Assembly: GCA_965242965.1 (NCBI GenBank)
Contig: OZ251518.1
Coordinates: 1,184,001-1,248,000 of the forward strand
Source: Candidatus Poribacteria bacterium
GTDB lineage: Bacteria > Poribacteria > WGA-4E > WGA-3G
Direction of reading: 5' to 3'
Length of the DNA stretch: 64,000 bases
The position numbers and the translations under genes were made by a program. Each line of letters begins with the position of its first letter. The first letter of the stretch is position 1. The notes beneath the pieces were generated by a model that was not told the DNA's origin, ran no database searches, and was given only the letters and a program-made list of their open reading frames with translations. Of the stretch, positions 19,312 through 33,165 are shown piece after piece.

Positions 19312-20537
19312 CGTTCTCCCTCCTTTTCAATCAGCGCGGTGCGGAGAAACCGCCAATAAACCTGTTCAGGCCCGGTGTCTGCCCAACCGCCTTGCCAGAT
19401 AACGTAATCCTCTTCGCCGCCATCCGTATCGTGGGGTTCGTGCGGTGCCCAGTTGGTATAGGTGACCGGTTCGCCGCTGTGCCAACGCCACTCTCCCTCT
19501 TTTGCGATGTCATTGAGGCCAATGAGCGTCAGGTGCGGTGCGAAAACACGTTCCAACCACTGCTGCTCTGCCGCGTCGTTAATGGAAACGAGATACGCTC
19601 CCTCTTCGCTGGCTTGGACGATGGCATCCTCCGGACCGCGGTACAGGCTCTTTTTGTAGGCATGCCCGTTGCCGGGATTGATAAGCCACACACCGTGCGG
19701 GTCCAGCACTGAAGAGACAGACGCGCTCGCGCTGTGATGACGGGAAGCGGCATCGGGCACCTGCGGCAACGGCGCAGTAAACCTCAAAACCGGGGCGAAC
19801 GATAACGTCCCAGGTTTCAGCAAAAATGGCTTTGCCTGAGCCCGGTGCCCCTGATATGTCGCCGAAACTATGTAATAAACAGGCGCGTTTGTTGGATACC
19901 GAGACACCCACTGCACAAATTCGCCATCGGCATCTGTTTGGACAGACATGCCCACGCTACTTTTGCCTCCATCTTCTAAACTCAAGAGTTGCACATGAAG
20001 GCTGATATTGGCGTTGACAAGCGGCTTCTCGTCCATGCCGCGGACCTGCCCCTGTATCTGTAGTGCCCGCCGCACCGTAACCTTAACGTTTTCGATCTGT
20101 TCTCCCGGTTCCGGCACAAAGACGATGCCGCCGTCACGCGCAAATCTGCTTGCATAGAAGATGAATCCGTTCAGGTCAGCGTGCAGCACATCGGCTGGCG
20201 GCTGATAGAACGGTAGGAGCCCGAAGAGGACGGGGCCCGGACTGAAATCGGTGATGGAGAAATTCCCATCGGCATCGGTAACCACTGCGAACGCCCTCGG
20301 GTCATCCAACCCTGGGCTATCTTCGTGGAGTGGCACGGTGAACCATGCGCCGTGGCCATCTTCCACCGGCATGAGTGCCACGGTAACGCCGCCCATCGGC
20401 TCACCTGCCTCATCAATAACGCGACCGGCGAAGAGAGACGTAGCATCTTGCGCAATGCCAGAGTGCGATGCGATGAGGAGACATGCCAACATGCCTGCGA
20501 GAAAGGGCAGTGAGGTTCTAAAGGTTAAATGGTTCAT
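19308..20537 (-). CDS. Secreted protein: carboxypeptidase-regulatory-like domains plus C-type lectin domain (paralog of neighbour)
   Basis: AGGAGG RBS; NPGNGHAYK, LVSINDAAEQQW, IGLND..EGEWRW.SGEPVTYTNW...EP. Confidence 0.8.
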   Translation of the reverse strand: MNHLTFRTSLPFLAGMLACLLIASHSGIAQDATSLFAGRVIDEAGEPMGGVTVALMPVEDGHGAWFTVPLHEDSPGLDDPRAFAVVTDADGNFSITDFSPGPVLFGLLPFYQPPADVLHADLNGFIFYASRFARDGGIVFVPEPGEQIENVKVTVRRALQIQGQVRGMDEKPLVNANISLHVQLLSLEDGGKSSVGMSVQTDADGEFVQWVSRYPTNAPVYYIVSATYQGHRAQAKPFLLKPGTLSFAPVLRFTAPLPQVPDAASRHHSASASVSSVLDPHGVWLINPGNGHAYKKSLYRGPEDAIVQASEEGAYLVSINDAAEQQWLERVFAPHLTLIGLNDIAKEGEWRWHSGEPVTYTNWAPHEPHDTDGGEEDYVIWQGGWADTGPEQVYWRFLRTALIEKEGER

Positions 20538-20659
20538 TATTAACTCCTCCTTTCAAATGCTATTTTTTTTTCTTCCAAGCCCGGGAGGGCAGTCCTGCCT
20601 ACAACAATCGCTATTCTACTTTTAAACGTTACGTCTTCCGAAAGGGTTTACTTAAAAAT

Positions 20660-20971
20660 GAGGGTGTTTCATAAATCGCTCAACGTCGCGGGGACAGGCC
20701 CCGCGCTACGATAAAACGGCCCGGGTTACCGTAGGGCGAGGGCCTGTCCCTCGCCATGCTGCGGTCTATCAAAAACCTCTTTTAGGTCCTTGGGCGAGGG
20801 CCTGTCCCTCGCCATGCTGCGGTCCACCGAACCGCTCTGTAGTTCGGGTGCGCCTGCACCCGAACGAGTCTATTGCATCGCTACCGGGCGGTCTCTCCTA
20901 CGGGACGCTCGCGGGGGACAGGCCCCCGCGCTACGGTAACCGGACGGTTTCTTGAGTTATGAAACACCCTC
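20660..20971. mobile_element. MITE-like cassette with REP cargo (first of tandem pair)
   Basis: TIR pair; flanks ACTTAAAAAT / ACTTAAAT. Confidence 0.75.
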
Positions 20972-20979
20972 ACTTAAAT

Positions 20980-21310
20980 GAGGGTGTTTCATAAATCCTA
21001 TGGCGCGCCGTCCCTGTCTCGCTGCGCGATGTTCCTGTAGGAGAGACCTCCCGGTCTCGATGGCTCCCGTAGCGCGGGGGCCTGTCCCCCGCGAGCGTTG
21101 GATTGCGCGAGCGATGGCGAGGGACAGGCCCTCGCCCTACGATGAAGGGGACTGTTTTTTTTCGCAGCGCGGGGGCCCTCGGATGCCACACGCGCATCCG
21201 AGCGGGTTTCCCCCGCGATCGCAGCATGGCGAGGGACAGGCCCTCGCCCTACGTGAAGGGGGCTTATCAAGACCAGGAGGGAGTGCAAACGGAATTTATG
21301 AAACACCCTC
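20980..21310. mobile_element. MITE-like cassette with REP cargo (second of tandem pair)
   Basis: TIR pair flanked by exact 8-bp direct repeat ACTTAAAT (20972-20979 and 21311-21318). Confidence 0.8.
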
Positions 21311-21340
21311 ACTTAAATGCAGTCCTGCCTACAACAATCG

Positions 21341-23539
<2,199 letters not shown>

Positions 23540-23546
23540 TTACAAT

Positions 23547-24006
23547 GAGGGTGTTTCATAAATCGTCCAACGTCGCGGGGGAAACCCGCTCGGATGCGCG
23601 TATGGAAACCTCCGAGGGCCCCGCGCTACGGTGAAAAAACGCCTCCTCTTCACGTAGGGCGGGGGCCTGTCCCCCGCCATGCTGCGGTCCACCGAAACCT
23701 CGCGAGGAACAGGCCCTCGCGCTACGGAATAGGGAGGGCGATTGGGCCCTCGGACGTTCGCGAGGGACAGGCCCTCGCGCTACGGGGTAGAAGATTTTCC
23801 ATGCCACCGTAGGGCGGGGGCCTGTCCCCCGCCATGCTGCGGTCTACCGAAAACTCGCGAGGGACAGGCCCTCGCGCTACAGAATAGGGAGGGTGATTGG
23901 GCCCTCGGACGTTCGCGAGGGACAGGCCCTCGCGCTACGGGGTAGGGTGACGCATCGAGACCGGGAGGTCTCTCCTACCGAACACACCGAAATATGAAAC
24001 ACCCTC
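23547..24006. mobile_element. MITE-like cassette with REP cargo
   Basis: GAGGGTGTTTCATA...TATGAAACACCCTC; AATTTACA on both flanks. Confidence 0.75.
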
Positions 24007-24009
24007 AAT

Positions 24010-25452
24010 TTACAGCGTATGCACCGACAAACCGTTTGCGATGGTTAACCGCCGCTGGCGCGTAAAGGTGCGCGGCCGTGTAAACCCTTCGCCTGTCGGC
24101 CCGGCGATAGTCATCGCCAAATAGCCCTCGCCTTCCAGTCCGCAAGATGCATAAGAAGGCGCGTTGATAACCACAACGTTGCAATCTGTCACCTTTGTGA
24201 ACTGGGTGATGCGCGCGGTGTTATGGGTGTGCAATACGGCAGTGTGCCGTCGCCCTCCCTCGGCCGCGACAGCCCCTTGGACAGCCTCGTTGAAATCGCG
24301 GCACCGCACCACCGGCAGAATCGGCATCAGATATTCGTTCATCACAAACCCGTGCTCTGCGGGGACTTCAACGACAATCGCCACCGTATCGGCAGGCGCA
24401 GTGATGCCCGCCGCGGCGAGAATGTGCTTGGCTTCCTTGCCGATGTAATCCTTGTTTGCCTCCCCGTTTTGGGTGACAACAGCCTCCAGCGCATCGCGTT
24501 GACTCGCGCCGAGGAGGTAGCCGCCGTTTCGCGTGAGTTCGCGAACTGTCTCATTGGCGACAGATTCCACGACAAAGAGTGCTTTCTCGCCGATGCAGAG
24601 CAGGTTATTGTCAAAACTAGTGCCAGCGATGACATGCTTCGCCGCTTGCGGAATGTCCGCCGTCTCGTCAATAATCGCAGGCGGGTTGCCCGGGCCGGCA
24701 GCGACAGCCTTTTTCCCACTGGAGAGTGCCGCTCTGACGACGCTCCCACCGCCGGTAGCCACCAGCATGGCGATATCCGGATGCTCCATAAGCTGTTTCG
24801 CCGTGCGGAGACTCGCATTGGCAACAGAAGTCAGGAGATTCGCGGGCCCACCCGCCTTCACGATGGCCTCATTGATGACGTGCATCGTCTCTTCGGTGCA
24901 TTCGCGCGCGTTGGGATGCGGACTAAACACGACAGCGTTGCCCGCCGAGAGCATGATAATCGCGTGGTTAATCACCGTCGAAGTCGGATTCGTGGTGGGC
25001 GTAATTGAATTGATAACGCCGAACGGGACATACTCCACCAGTAGCGTACCGGTGTCGCCTGTCATTGCCTCCGAGTGCAAATCCTCAACCCCCGGTGAGA
25101 GATGAACCGCGCCCTCGTTTTTCATCACCTTGTGTGCCGGATTGCCCATCTGTGTCTCTTGCGCGGCGAATTCGGCGAGCCGTTTCGCGTTTTCAAGCGA
25201 TGCTTGCTTAATCGCCTCAATCAGCTCGCGACGCTTCGCAAATCCGAGCGTGACGAGGGAAGCCTGCGCCGCTTTCGCCGCAGCAACCGCCTCGTCTACC
25301 GTCCCGAAAACGCCCGAGCGCGTTGAACCGCTGACGTTGTTCACGCCATTCACACTGACAGGGGATGCCGGTGCAACCGCGCCCTCCTGTTGCAGTGTCG
25401 TCAAGACCTGGGAAACAATCTCTTCAATCTGTTTCTCGTCAATTTGTGTCAT
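24010..25452 (-). CDS. CoA-acylating aldehyde dehydrogenase, EutE/PduP family (microcompartment-associated)
   Basis: PFGVI..ITPTTNPT, ATGG, AGPGNPP, SFDNNLLCIGEK, TIAGPTGEG; N-terminal amphipathic encapsulation peptide (EKQIEEIVSQVLTTL). Confidence 0.9.
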   Translation of the reverse strand: MTQIDEKQIEEIVSQVLTTLQQEGAVAPASPVSVNGVNNVSGSTRSGVFGTVDEAVAAAKAAQASLVTLGFAKRRELIEAIKQASLENAKRLAEFAAQETQMGNPAHKVMKNEGAVHLSPGVEDLHSEAMTGDTGTLLVEYVPFGVINSITPTTNPTSTVINHAIIMLSAGNAVVFSPHPNARECTEETMHVINEAIVKAGGPANLLTSVANASLRTAKQLMEHPDIAMLVATGGGSVVRAALSSGKKAVAAGPGNPPAIIDETADIPQAAKHVIAGTSFDNNLLCIGEKALFVVESVANETVRELTRNGGYLLGASQRDALEAVVTQNGEANKDYIGKEAKHILAAAGITAPADTVAIVVEVPAEHGFVMNEYLMPILPVVRCRDFNEAVQGAVAAEGGRRHTAVLHTHNTARITQFTKVTDCNVVVINAPSYASCGLEGEGYLAMTIAGPTGEGFTRPRTFTRQRRLTIANGLSVHTL

Positions 25453-25571
25453 TCAGCCCTCCCATCTTTCGGTTGTGACGCTTCCAGGCAGCGCATGTTC
25501 GCGCGGGCTGTGCGCCGCTCGCACCGATGGCGCGATGCTGCATCGCGCCAGGTCCGTCGCGAACAACGGAT

Positions 25572-25856
25572 TTATTCGTCCGATGCCCCGCCGAGAATGG
25601 TTTCCACGTCTGAATGCGGACGCGGGATAACGTGCACCGAAACCAACTCGCCTACCGATTTCGCGGCCTCCGCGCCGGCTTCTGTCGCAGCTTGCACCGC
25701 GCCTACATCACCGCGCACCATGACGGTGACGAAACCGCCGCCTACCTGTTCCTTGCCGACTAATTTCACGTTAGCGGCTTTTACCATCGTATCAGCAGCC
25801 TCTACCGCACCGATTAGCCCGCGGGTTTCAACCATGCCTAAAGCTTCATTGCGCAT
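25572..25856 (-). CDS. Bacterial microcompartment hexameric shell protein (EutM/PduA-like)
   Basis: ALGMVETRG...[11 protein letters not shown]...GDVGAV...HVIPRPH. Confidence 0.95.
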   Translation of the reverse strand: MRNEALGMVETRGLIGAVEAADTMVKAANVKLVGKEQVGGGFVTVMVRGDVGAVQAATEAGAEAAKSVGELVSVHVIPRPHSDVETILGGASDE

Positions 25857-26064
25857 AGCGTTAAACTCCTTATCTGTTATCTGTTAAAAAATTCAATACT
25901 AGGCACCGCGCGCAGCAAAAGCCGCGCGCAAATGCCTTAAATCATATCACTCATTAAAATGATACTACAATTTCTCAATTTGTGCAAATTATTTTTTTAT
26001 TCGCGGCAAAATTACCGTGCAACTCAGTTTTCGGCGGTTTTTCTGCCGCTGATAGAAACTAACT

Positions 26065-26670
26065 GAGGGTGTTTCATAAATCCGTTTCGGTATTTATTCC
26101 CCTTTGGGGGCGGGCGACTACCGAGCCCTCTTGGTAGGAGAGACCTCCTGGTCTCGATGCATCCCGGTAGGAGAGACCTCCCGGTCTCGATGCATTAAGT
26201 CCTACGGACCTAAAAGAGGTTTTTGATAGACCGCAGCATGGCGAGGGACAGGCCCTCGCCCTACGGTGAAAGGGGCCGTTTTGTGAAGAAAATGTCCGAT
26301 TACCGTAGCGCGGGGGCCTGTCCCCTGCGAGTAAAGAAACCGTCCCGTTATCGTAGCGCGGGGGCCTGTCCCCCGCGATCGTTCGGTAGATCGCAGCATG
26401 GCGAGGGACAGGCCCTCGCCCTACGGGGAAGGGGGCCGTTTTGTGAAGAAAATGTCCGGTTATCGTAGCGCGGGGGCCTGTCCCCCGCGATCGTTCGGTA
26501 GATCGAAGCATGGCGAGGGACAGGCCCTCGCCCTACGATGAAGGGGGCCGTTTTGTGAAGAAGATGTCCGGTTACCGGAGCGCGGGGGCCTGTCCCCCGC
26601 GATCGTTGCATGGCGAGGGAAACCCGCTCGCATGCGCGTGTGGCATGCGAGGGCCCAAGCCCTACGATGA
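26065..26670. repeat. Mosaic REP array beginning with a single TIR
   Basis: GAGGGTGTTTCATAA at 26065, then three tandem copies of an inverted REP doublet unit. Confidence 0.85.
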
Positions 26671-26687
26671 GGGGGATGTTTTTCGGT

Positions 26688-29600
26688 CTACGCGAGGAGA
26701 GGCGGCAACTCCCCAACCAACCGCACCGTCTCTTCACTAACATGCATCACCTGCCCAATTAACCGAACGATATATTGCCCATCTTCACCATTCGGATCTG
26801 AGATAATACCACTCCCATTCGGATCGGGTTTCACGCGATACCGATCGATGAGCCACTCTAATGCCGAACGCCTCCCCAAACGATAGTCAAACACTTCGGG
26901 AGGGATATCCACCACCGTCAAGGAGTCATTGTAGCGGAGTTGCGTCTTATCTTTGGATAACTCCATCTTCTCGACGCGCCAATTGAGCGGCGGGGTTTCG
27001 ATGAGGTTTGGCATCACGTCAAGGGTTTCATAGTTGACATGCAAGTCTGCCAAAGCGCGCCCGATCTCAACGAATCCCCAGAAATCCGGTGCGAAAGGAA
27101 TATGTGGCAAGTCGTGCTTGAGGTTCACCTGATATGTCTCGCGGTATTCGGGATGATGCAAAATCGCGTAATTGTAGTGGAAAATGTCCCACTTGGAGAT
27201 GGTATTGTCACCGTAATGCGTTCGGAAATGGGACAATGCCCAGTCGGTGATGTTCTCTCGACGGTTTGTGCCATCCTCATCGTAGATGTAGAAGGGAAAG
27301 CACTGGTTTCCGTCGGAGCCCGTGAGCGTCAAATTGGGGATGAGGTTGGACAAAAAACACCAAAAGTCCGTGCGCGCACCGATGCTTGGCACACAGATGA
27401 CGCGATTTTCCTGTTCCGCTGCAACTGTGGGAAAAATGGCGGGCATCCCGGCAACCCTGTGGTTCATCAACCTGTCAAAATAGAGATGCATTTTTGTGAA
27501 CGGACGATACAGGGACGTGCGGGTCTTTTCGGGAGAAAACTCGACCCGCGTTCCCTTTCCCAATGCGGCTTTCAGCCGGTTTGTCCACTTAATTTGGGCG
27601 CGATCAGGATTCACAAAATCGTTGACAGATATCTGCAGGTCGGTGCGCCGTTCCCACCGAGATGTCTCGGCGTTGTAGAACTCTATCATCCGCGCCATGT
27701 TTGCTGCCAATGTTTCCGGATTAAAATGGTAAGCCCACGCATCGCGGTTGGTTGAAACACCGAGACTATAGGTTTTAAAAATCGTGCCTTCCACGTCACT
27801 CCTCGCCGCTTTCGCTGACTTGGTGCCCATCGGCAGGAAGGTATCAAACTCGGCGCGCAGGCCTTCGGTGAGCCACATCTGGCGCGCGTTCGGTTGAATC
27901 TCTCGCCACTTGACATTGCCGAGGTGTGCGTTTTCTGTGAGAAATTGGAACGTGCTTTCTTTCGGGAGTGCCGCCGCTGCATCGCTATAGAGAATACTTG
28001 CGCTGCCCTCGCGCGGCTGCCCCGTTTTCACGAGGAAACTAATGCTCACCCCGACAGTAATTCCGAACACGTTGGAATTGCCCGGCTGTCCCTTCCGAAT
28101 GTTGCCACCGAGGTCTAGCACGTAAAGCCAGTCAAATTCCTCGGCGAGACACTGCCGCATGCCATCGAACATTTCGCTGTGGATAAAACTATTGTTGGTG
28201 ATGAGGGCGATGATGCCTTCTGGCCCGATTTTATCCGATGCCCACCGGAGAGATTTGACATAAGGATCGTAGAGTTTGTTTTTCGTTTGCGCGTGAGAAG
28301 CGGCGACGTAAGTGGCGCGGACGCGGTTATCCACAGCCTTGTGTTGCCGGTTCTGATTGTTATCGTTCTCGTTCTGCTGCCCGGCGTTGTAAGGCGGATT
28401 GCCGATGACGACGAACATCGGTGTCTCCTTCTGCTCTCGAACGCGCATAGTGTTTTCCGGCGTGAAATAGGCGAATTCGCCGGTCTGGTTCGGCGCGTCC
28501 ATCAACCCGAAGGTATCAAACGTGTCGACAAAACAGATGTGCTTGAACGGCTCATATCTCCCCATTTTTTCATAATAGGCGTGTTCAATGTTCATCGTCG
28601 CGATGTAGTAAGGGAGAAGCATCACCTCGTTGCAATGCAGCTCGCCTTTATACTTTTTGTCGAGCGCGATGCCGGGGATGTCCTGCATCAAGCGCACGAT
28701 GAAATTGCCGGTGCCGACGAAGGGATCGATGATGTGGACACCGGTATCGGCCAGGGATTTGCCGAAGTGGGTTTTCAGGAGATGCTGGACGCTGTTCACC
28801 ATGAAATCGACGATGGGCTGCGGGGTATAGACGACCCCGTGCCTATCGGCATCCTTGACAGAGAAATCTTGGAAGAAGCGTTGATAGAGGGTGTTGAGGA
28901 AATCCTGCTTCTGCGAGAAATCGGACAAGGTGCTGGCGGTTTTCTCGATCGCCGCGTAAAAAGGGTTGAGTTCTTTGAAGAACTGAGCCCGGTCAAAGGC
29001 GTATCGCGTGAGGACATCGATGACGTTCTCAATTTCGCGGGCGATGATATTGCGTCGGGTGAAATCGGGATTATTGAAGACGGTGCGGAAGATGCGTTCC
29101 GTCATCAGGTGCTGCGCGAGCATGCGTTCCACCTCTGTCTCGGCGAGGTTGGGGTTGATTGCATCTTGACACTGCTGATGGAAGTTCGTGAACGCCTCGC
29201 GGAACTCTGGCGTGTTTTGGCGTTCGGTTTGGATGAGCGTCTCCAATTTCGCGCCGAGTTCGGGGATGGTATCTTGGAACGTATTGACGGCATCATCCCA
29301 CTCGGCGAGATTCTCCTCCGTGTAAGTGAAGAAGGTTTCAAGGAGTTGGATGAGATTATGCGGCTCGGTGATGTCCAGGTCGAGGACAAGCGCGCCGTTT
29401 TGGTAGAGGATGGCGCGGTGCGGCGTTTGGAAGATGATGTTTTTGGCGGGGTAGCCCGTGGCAAATTTCTGTTGCGCTTCGGTGGGGAGATCATCGAGGA
29501 GATCTTTCGCTTCCCAATGTCCGAAGATGAGTCCGAAGTCGGTGACGATTTCGCCATCGATGCGGATGTGGTTTCCGTGGGGAGTGGTGCGCGTCTTCTC

Positions 29601-29759
29601 GCATATCAGCGTGAGGTTGCGCTGTCCGCAGTAGTATTGCAGGAGCGTTTGGAAGGCGACGCGGACGGCACCTTCATGTTGCGCGCCGAGTTTCGTGAAC
29701 TGCTTGAGTTCGGCGTAGTAGTTTTTTATGGGTTTGTGTGTGGTTTTGATGTTGAGCAT
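26688..29759 (-). CDS. Fused restriction-modification enzyme, Type ISP/IIG-like without helicase
   Basis: RIDG...WEAKD nuclease, GVVYTP, DPFVGTG, GNPPY, C-terminal LlaBIII-like specificity region (SLYRPF, YNYAILH, PHIP); start ATG 29759 with GGAG RBS. Confidence 0.85.
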   Translation of the reverse strand: MLNIKTTHKPIKNYYAELKQFTKLGAQHEGAVRVAFQTLLQYYCGQRNLTLICEKTRTTPHGNHIRIDGEIVTDFGLIFGHWEAKDLLDDLPTEAQQKFATGYPAKNIIFQTPHRAILYQNGALVLDLDITEPHNLIQLLETFFTYTEENLAEWDDAVNTFQDTIPELGAKLETLIQTERQNTPEFREAFTNFHQQCQDAINPNLAETEVERMLAQHLMTERIFRTVFNNPDFTRRNIIAREIENVIDVLTRYAFDRAQFFKELNPFYAAIEKTASTLSDFSQKQDFLNTLYQRFFQDFSVKDADRHGVVYTPQPIVDFMVNSVQHLLKTHFGKSLADTGVHIIDPFVGTGNFIVRLMQDIPGIALDKKYKGELHCNEVMLLPYYIATMNIEHAYYEKMGRYEPFKHICFVDTFDTFGLMDAPNQTGEFAYFTPENTMRVREQKETPMFVVIGNPPYNAGQQNENDNNQNRQHKAVDNRVRATYVAASHAQTKNKLYDPYVKSLRWASDKIGPEGIIALITNNSFIHSEMFDGMRQCLAEEFDWLYVLDLGGNIRKGQPGNSNVFGITVGVSISFLVKTGQPREGSASILYSDAAAALPKESTFQFLTENAHLGNVKWREIQPNARQMWLTEGLRAEFDTFLPMGTKSAKAARSDVEGTIFKTYSLGVSTNRDAWAYHFNPETLAANMARMIEFYNAETSRWERRTDLQISVNDFVNPDRAQIKWTNRLKAALGKGTRVEFSPEKTRTSLYRPFTKMHLYFDRLMNHRVAGMPAIFPTVAAEQENRVICVPSIGARTDFWCFLSNLIPNLTLTGSDGNQCFPFYIYDEDGTNRRENITDWALSHFRTHYGDNTISKWDIFHYNYAILHHPEYRETYQVNLKHDLPHIPFAPDFWGFVEIGRALADLHVNYETLDVMPNLIETPPLNWRVEKMELSKDKTQLRYNDSLTVVDIPPEVFDYRLGRRSALEWLIDRYRVKPDPNGSGIISDPNGEDGQYIVRLIGQVMHVSEETVRLVGELPPLLA

Positions 29760-29847
29760 TGTTTTTTCTCCGTGTTTTGATTGGGTTATGAGTATTTTAA
29801 CGTAAATCAAGATAAATTGCAAGGAATTAAAAAACGGGGCATGAAAC

Positions 29848-30138
29848 GATCGCGGGGGACAGGCCCCCGCGCTACGGTAGATGAGGCGGCCGCGCGTTTG
29901 ATCCGTTCGGGATCAGGCGATCCCGAACTACAGTCTCTGGAGCACGCCGACGATCGCGGGGGACAGGCCCCCGCGCTACGGTATTCAAAACGGCTCCCTT
30001 TACCGTAGGGCGAGGGCCTGTCCCTCGCCATGCAACGATCGCGGAGAAAACCTCTTGAATGCGCGTATGGAAACCTCCGAGGCCCACGCGCTATGGAGCC
30101 TGAAACGATCGCGGGGGACAGGCCCCCGCGCTACGGTA
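29848..30138. repeat. REP array
   Basis: Repeated CGCGGGGGACAGGCCCCCGCGCTAC and related palindromes. Confidence 0.85.
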
Positions 30139-30352
30139 AAAGATAGATAGAGAAATCCTCCGTTACCGTTCAAAATTGAATCGTTTTGTGCAAAAATTAT
30201 TTTTCTCTTGATTTTTAATGCACGTTTTGGTAAAATAATTAAAAGTGATAACCGAGTCAATCAAAACAGCGAGAGAAATGTCCGAAAAAGCGCGAACGCG
30301 CGCATCCGCCTGCACGCGGTAGGCGAAAATCACGATTAACGAAGGAGATTTT

Positions 30353-31924
30353 ATGTTGAACAAGAATTTGGAGGCGAAGAAAGTAGCCGCGGTCCGGAAA
30401 ACTCTGTCCTACGTCCCCGATGCATCGGCGTACGCACCGGTGACAGATTCCCTAGCCCGCGCGGCGGCACTCGGCGAAGATGATATTGTCGCAGTGCTTA
30501 ATAGTTTCAGCTCAATGCCTCAATCCACGACTGTCTTTGCGAATCCGGCGTTGCACAAAACTGCAGTGAAATGCGGGGAGACGGAGATAACGCTCAATGT
30601 CCGCAGTTTCGCCATCCGCGGCATCGTGCTGGAAAGCGAGATTGTCGCGGAGAACCTCAGCCCCGCTTTTGTTATCTTCGCCGGACTCTTCGGTAGGAAA
30701 CCGGAAAAGGATGCCGACGGTATTGATGAAGAGGCTGTGCTGGCAGCATTAATAGATAAGAAATTTTATCGCTTCACGGACATCCGCCGGCTGCATGTGA
30801 ACGGCACACAGCGTCTCATCAACCAAGTCGCGGAATTCGTCAAAGCCTTCCCCGAAGCCGGCCCTGAGACTGTCATTCAACACTTCTCAACGCTCCGAAA
30901 ACTCAATCAGCCACAACAGCGCGGGATGAACGGCACACGAAACCCCGGTTCCCTGCTATTTGAGCTCATCGGAACGCACATGGAAAACGTCGCCCTGGGG
31001 GCAGTCTCTGTCTATATGCGGCACCAACTTCGCGATAACACCGCTTTGCATCCGCAGGTGCTGGCGATGCGCGCGAATGACCTCATCGCGGAACATCTGA
31101 AAAACGGGAAGACGGCTTTCCAAACCTGTTATAGCCTAATCCTTGGCAAACAGGCGAGCACTGTAGAAGCAAATATTTTGGAACGGATGGGCATCATCCA
31201 GACGCACCACGGCTCCGCTGGCTCCAACGTCGTCGCGCGATACCTCGCTACCTTACACACCAGCGCAGTCTCCGACTTCTTCGTCGCCTCGCAGATGACG
31301 TTAGATGGAGACCGGCATTTCGGCGCAATCCACGACATGACAGCGTTTATGAACCAGATTGAACCGCTCGATGCCAACGCGCGAGAAGAAGCAATACGTG
31401 CCAGGATGCTCGTCGCACTGCCGACTTTCGGACACCCAGAAATCGCCGCCGCAGGACGCGCCGAAGAAATCCAGCAAGACCCGAGGCCCGCCATCTACCT
31501 CAACCCGTTCCTTGAAGCTGTTGACAACGCGGAAATCGAACTCAGCGAACGGCAGAAGAAACGGCTAGGTATTATGCAGCGCATTTATCAAATCGCTTTC
31601 ATTGATGGAATCATTCGCCCAGGCCGCGAAAATGACCCGCCGCTTCGGGTTACACCTAACACCGACTTCGGCGGATGGACAGTCCAAGAAGGCCTGGACA
31701 TCTACGAAAACGACCGGACGTTCCTGACATACATCTTCCGCGGATTCGGATGGATGATGGACGCACGCGAACAACTTCAGATGAAGATTATCCGGCCCGT
31801 CATACCCCCGCATCCCGATGTTATTCCCGCACCCACCGACGATACCACTATCGCGAATGAGGTAGTCGCATTGCACAACCGGCTGGCAGGCGCAAATGCT
31901 TTTGACCCGGAGGAACACGCGTAA
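30353..31924 (+). CDS. Highly divergent citrate synthase family protein
   Basis: [22 protein letters not shown] and PNTDF occur in the order of the citrate synthase motifs; TAATG overlap with icd. Confidence 0.65.
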   Translation: MLNKNLEAKKVAAVRKTLSYVPDASAYAPVTDSLARAAALGEDDIVAVLNSFSSMPQSTTVFANPALHKTAVKCGETEITLNVRSFAIRGIVLESEIVAENLSPAFVIFAGLFGRKPEKDADGIDEEAVLAALIDKKFYRFTDIRRLHVNGTQRLINQVAEFVKAFPEAGPETVIQHFSTLRKLNQPQQRGMNGTRNPGSLLFELIGTHMENVALGAVSVYMRHQLRDNTALHPQVLAMRANDLIAEHLKNGKTAFQTCYSLILGKQASTVEANILERMGIIQTHHGSAGSNVVARYLATLHTSAVSDFFVASQMTLDGDRHFGAIHDMTAFMNQIEPLDANAREEAIRARMLVALPTFGHPEIAAAGRAEEIQQDPRPAIYLNPFLEAVDNAEIELSERQKKRLGIMQRIYQIAFIDGIIRPGRENDPPLRVTPNTDFGGWTVQEGLDIYENDRTFLTYIFRGFGWMMDAREQLQMKIIRPVIPPHPDVIPAPTDDTTIANEVVALHNRLAGANAFDPEEHA

Positions 31925-33165
31925 TGGAATTTGAGAAATTAACTGTCCCAACCGAAGGCGACAGAATTCAGAGCGGCGGCGGACACAGGACTGTCCCGAA
32001 TAAGCCTATCATCCCTGTTATCGAGGGCGATGGCATCGGTAGAGACATCATGAAAGTCACCCGCCGCGTCGCCGATGCCGCTGTCCAAACCGCTTACAAC
32101 GGTGAAAAACAACTCGTCTGGTTTGATGTCTACGCCGGTGAAAACGCCTTTGAAAAATACAACGAATGGCTGCCACAGGATACCTTCAACGCGATTGAAC
32201 ACTTCCGCGTCGCTTTGAAAGGACCGTTGACGACACCTGTCGGCGGCGGCTTTCGCAGCTTAAATGTGACGCTAAGACAAGTGCTTGAACTTTACGCTTG
32301 CGTCAGACCTGTTCGCTATTTTCAGGGGGTGCCCGCGCCTGTCACACATCCAGAAAAGATGGATGTTGTCATCTTCCGTGAGAATACCGAAGATGTCTAC
32401 GCCGGCATTGAATGGGAGCAAGGCTCACCCGAAGCGCGAAAAGTCATCGAACTCCTCCGAACCGAGATGGGCGCGGAAATCCGCGAAGACTCCGGCGTTG
32501 GCATCAAACCGATTAGCATTTTCGGCACGAAACGCTTGGCGAGGATGGCCATTCAATACGCGCTGGACCACGGCAGACGCACCGTCACCTTCGTCCACAA
32601 GGGCAATATCATGAAGTTCACCGAAGGCGCGTTCTGTGCATGGGGGTATGAACTCGCTAAAGAGGAATTCGGTGATGTCACCCTCACCGAAGACGAACTC
32701 TACAACGACTACGATGGAAACCTTCCCGAAGGCAAAATCCTCGTCAACGACCGGATTGCGGATAGCATGTTACAGCAGATTTTGACGCGCACCGATGAAT
32801 ACGATGTCATCGTCACGCCGAATCTGAACGGTGACTATCTATCCGATGCAGCCGCAGCACAAGTAGGTGGCATCGGCATGGCACCGGGGGGCAATCTCAG
32901 TGACGATGTCGCGCTATTTGAGGCGACACACGGCACAGCACCGAAATACGCAGACCAGGATGTCGTCAACCCAAGCTCGCTAATCCTCTCGGCGGTGATG
33001 ATGTTAGAGCATCTCGGCTGGCAAGAAGCCGCGGATTTAATCATCGCCGGATTGGAGAGAACCCTCCGCCAAAAACGGGTGACGTATGATCTCGAGCGAC
33101 TGATGGAAGGCGCAACAAAGGTGCGCACATCCGAATTCGGTGCCGCGATTATTGAGAATTTTTAG
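31924..33165 (+). CDS. icd: NADP-dependent isocitrate dehydrogenase
   Basis: [52 protein letters not shown]. Confidence 0.97.
   Translation: MEFEKLTVPTEGDRIQSGGGHRTVPNKPIIPVIEGDGIGRDIMKVTRRVADAAVQTAYNGEKQLVWFDVYAGENAFEKYNEWLPQDTFNAIEHFRVALKGPLTTPVGGGFRSLNVTLRQVLELYACVRPVRYFQGVPAPVTHPEKMDVVIFRENTEDVYAGIEWEQGSPEARKVIELLRTEMGAEIREDSGVGIKPISIFGTKRLARMAIQYALDHGRRTVTFVHKGNIMKFTEGAFCAWGYELAKEEFGDVTLTEDELYNDYDGNLPEGKILVNDRIADSMLQQILTRTDEYDVIVTPNLNGDYLSDAAAAQVGGIGMAPGGNLSDDVALFEATHGTAPKYADQDVVNPSSLILSAVMMLEHLGWQEAADLIIAGLERTLRQKRVTYDLERLMEGATKVRTSEFGAAIIENF

Noticed and set aside
28179-29780. 533-aa plus-strand ORF
   Set aside because: Antisense shadow of the restriction-modification gene, explained by codon bias.
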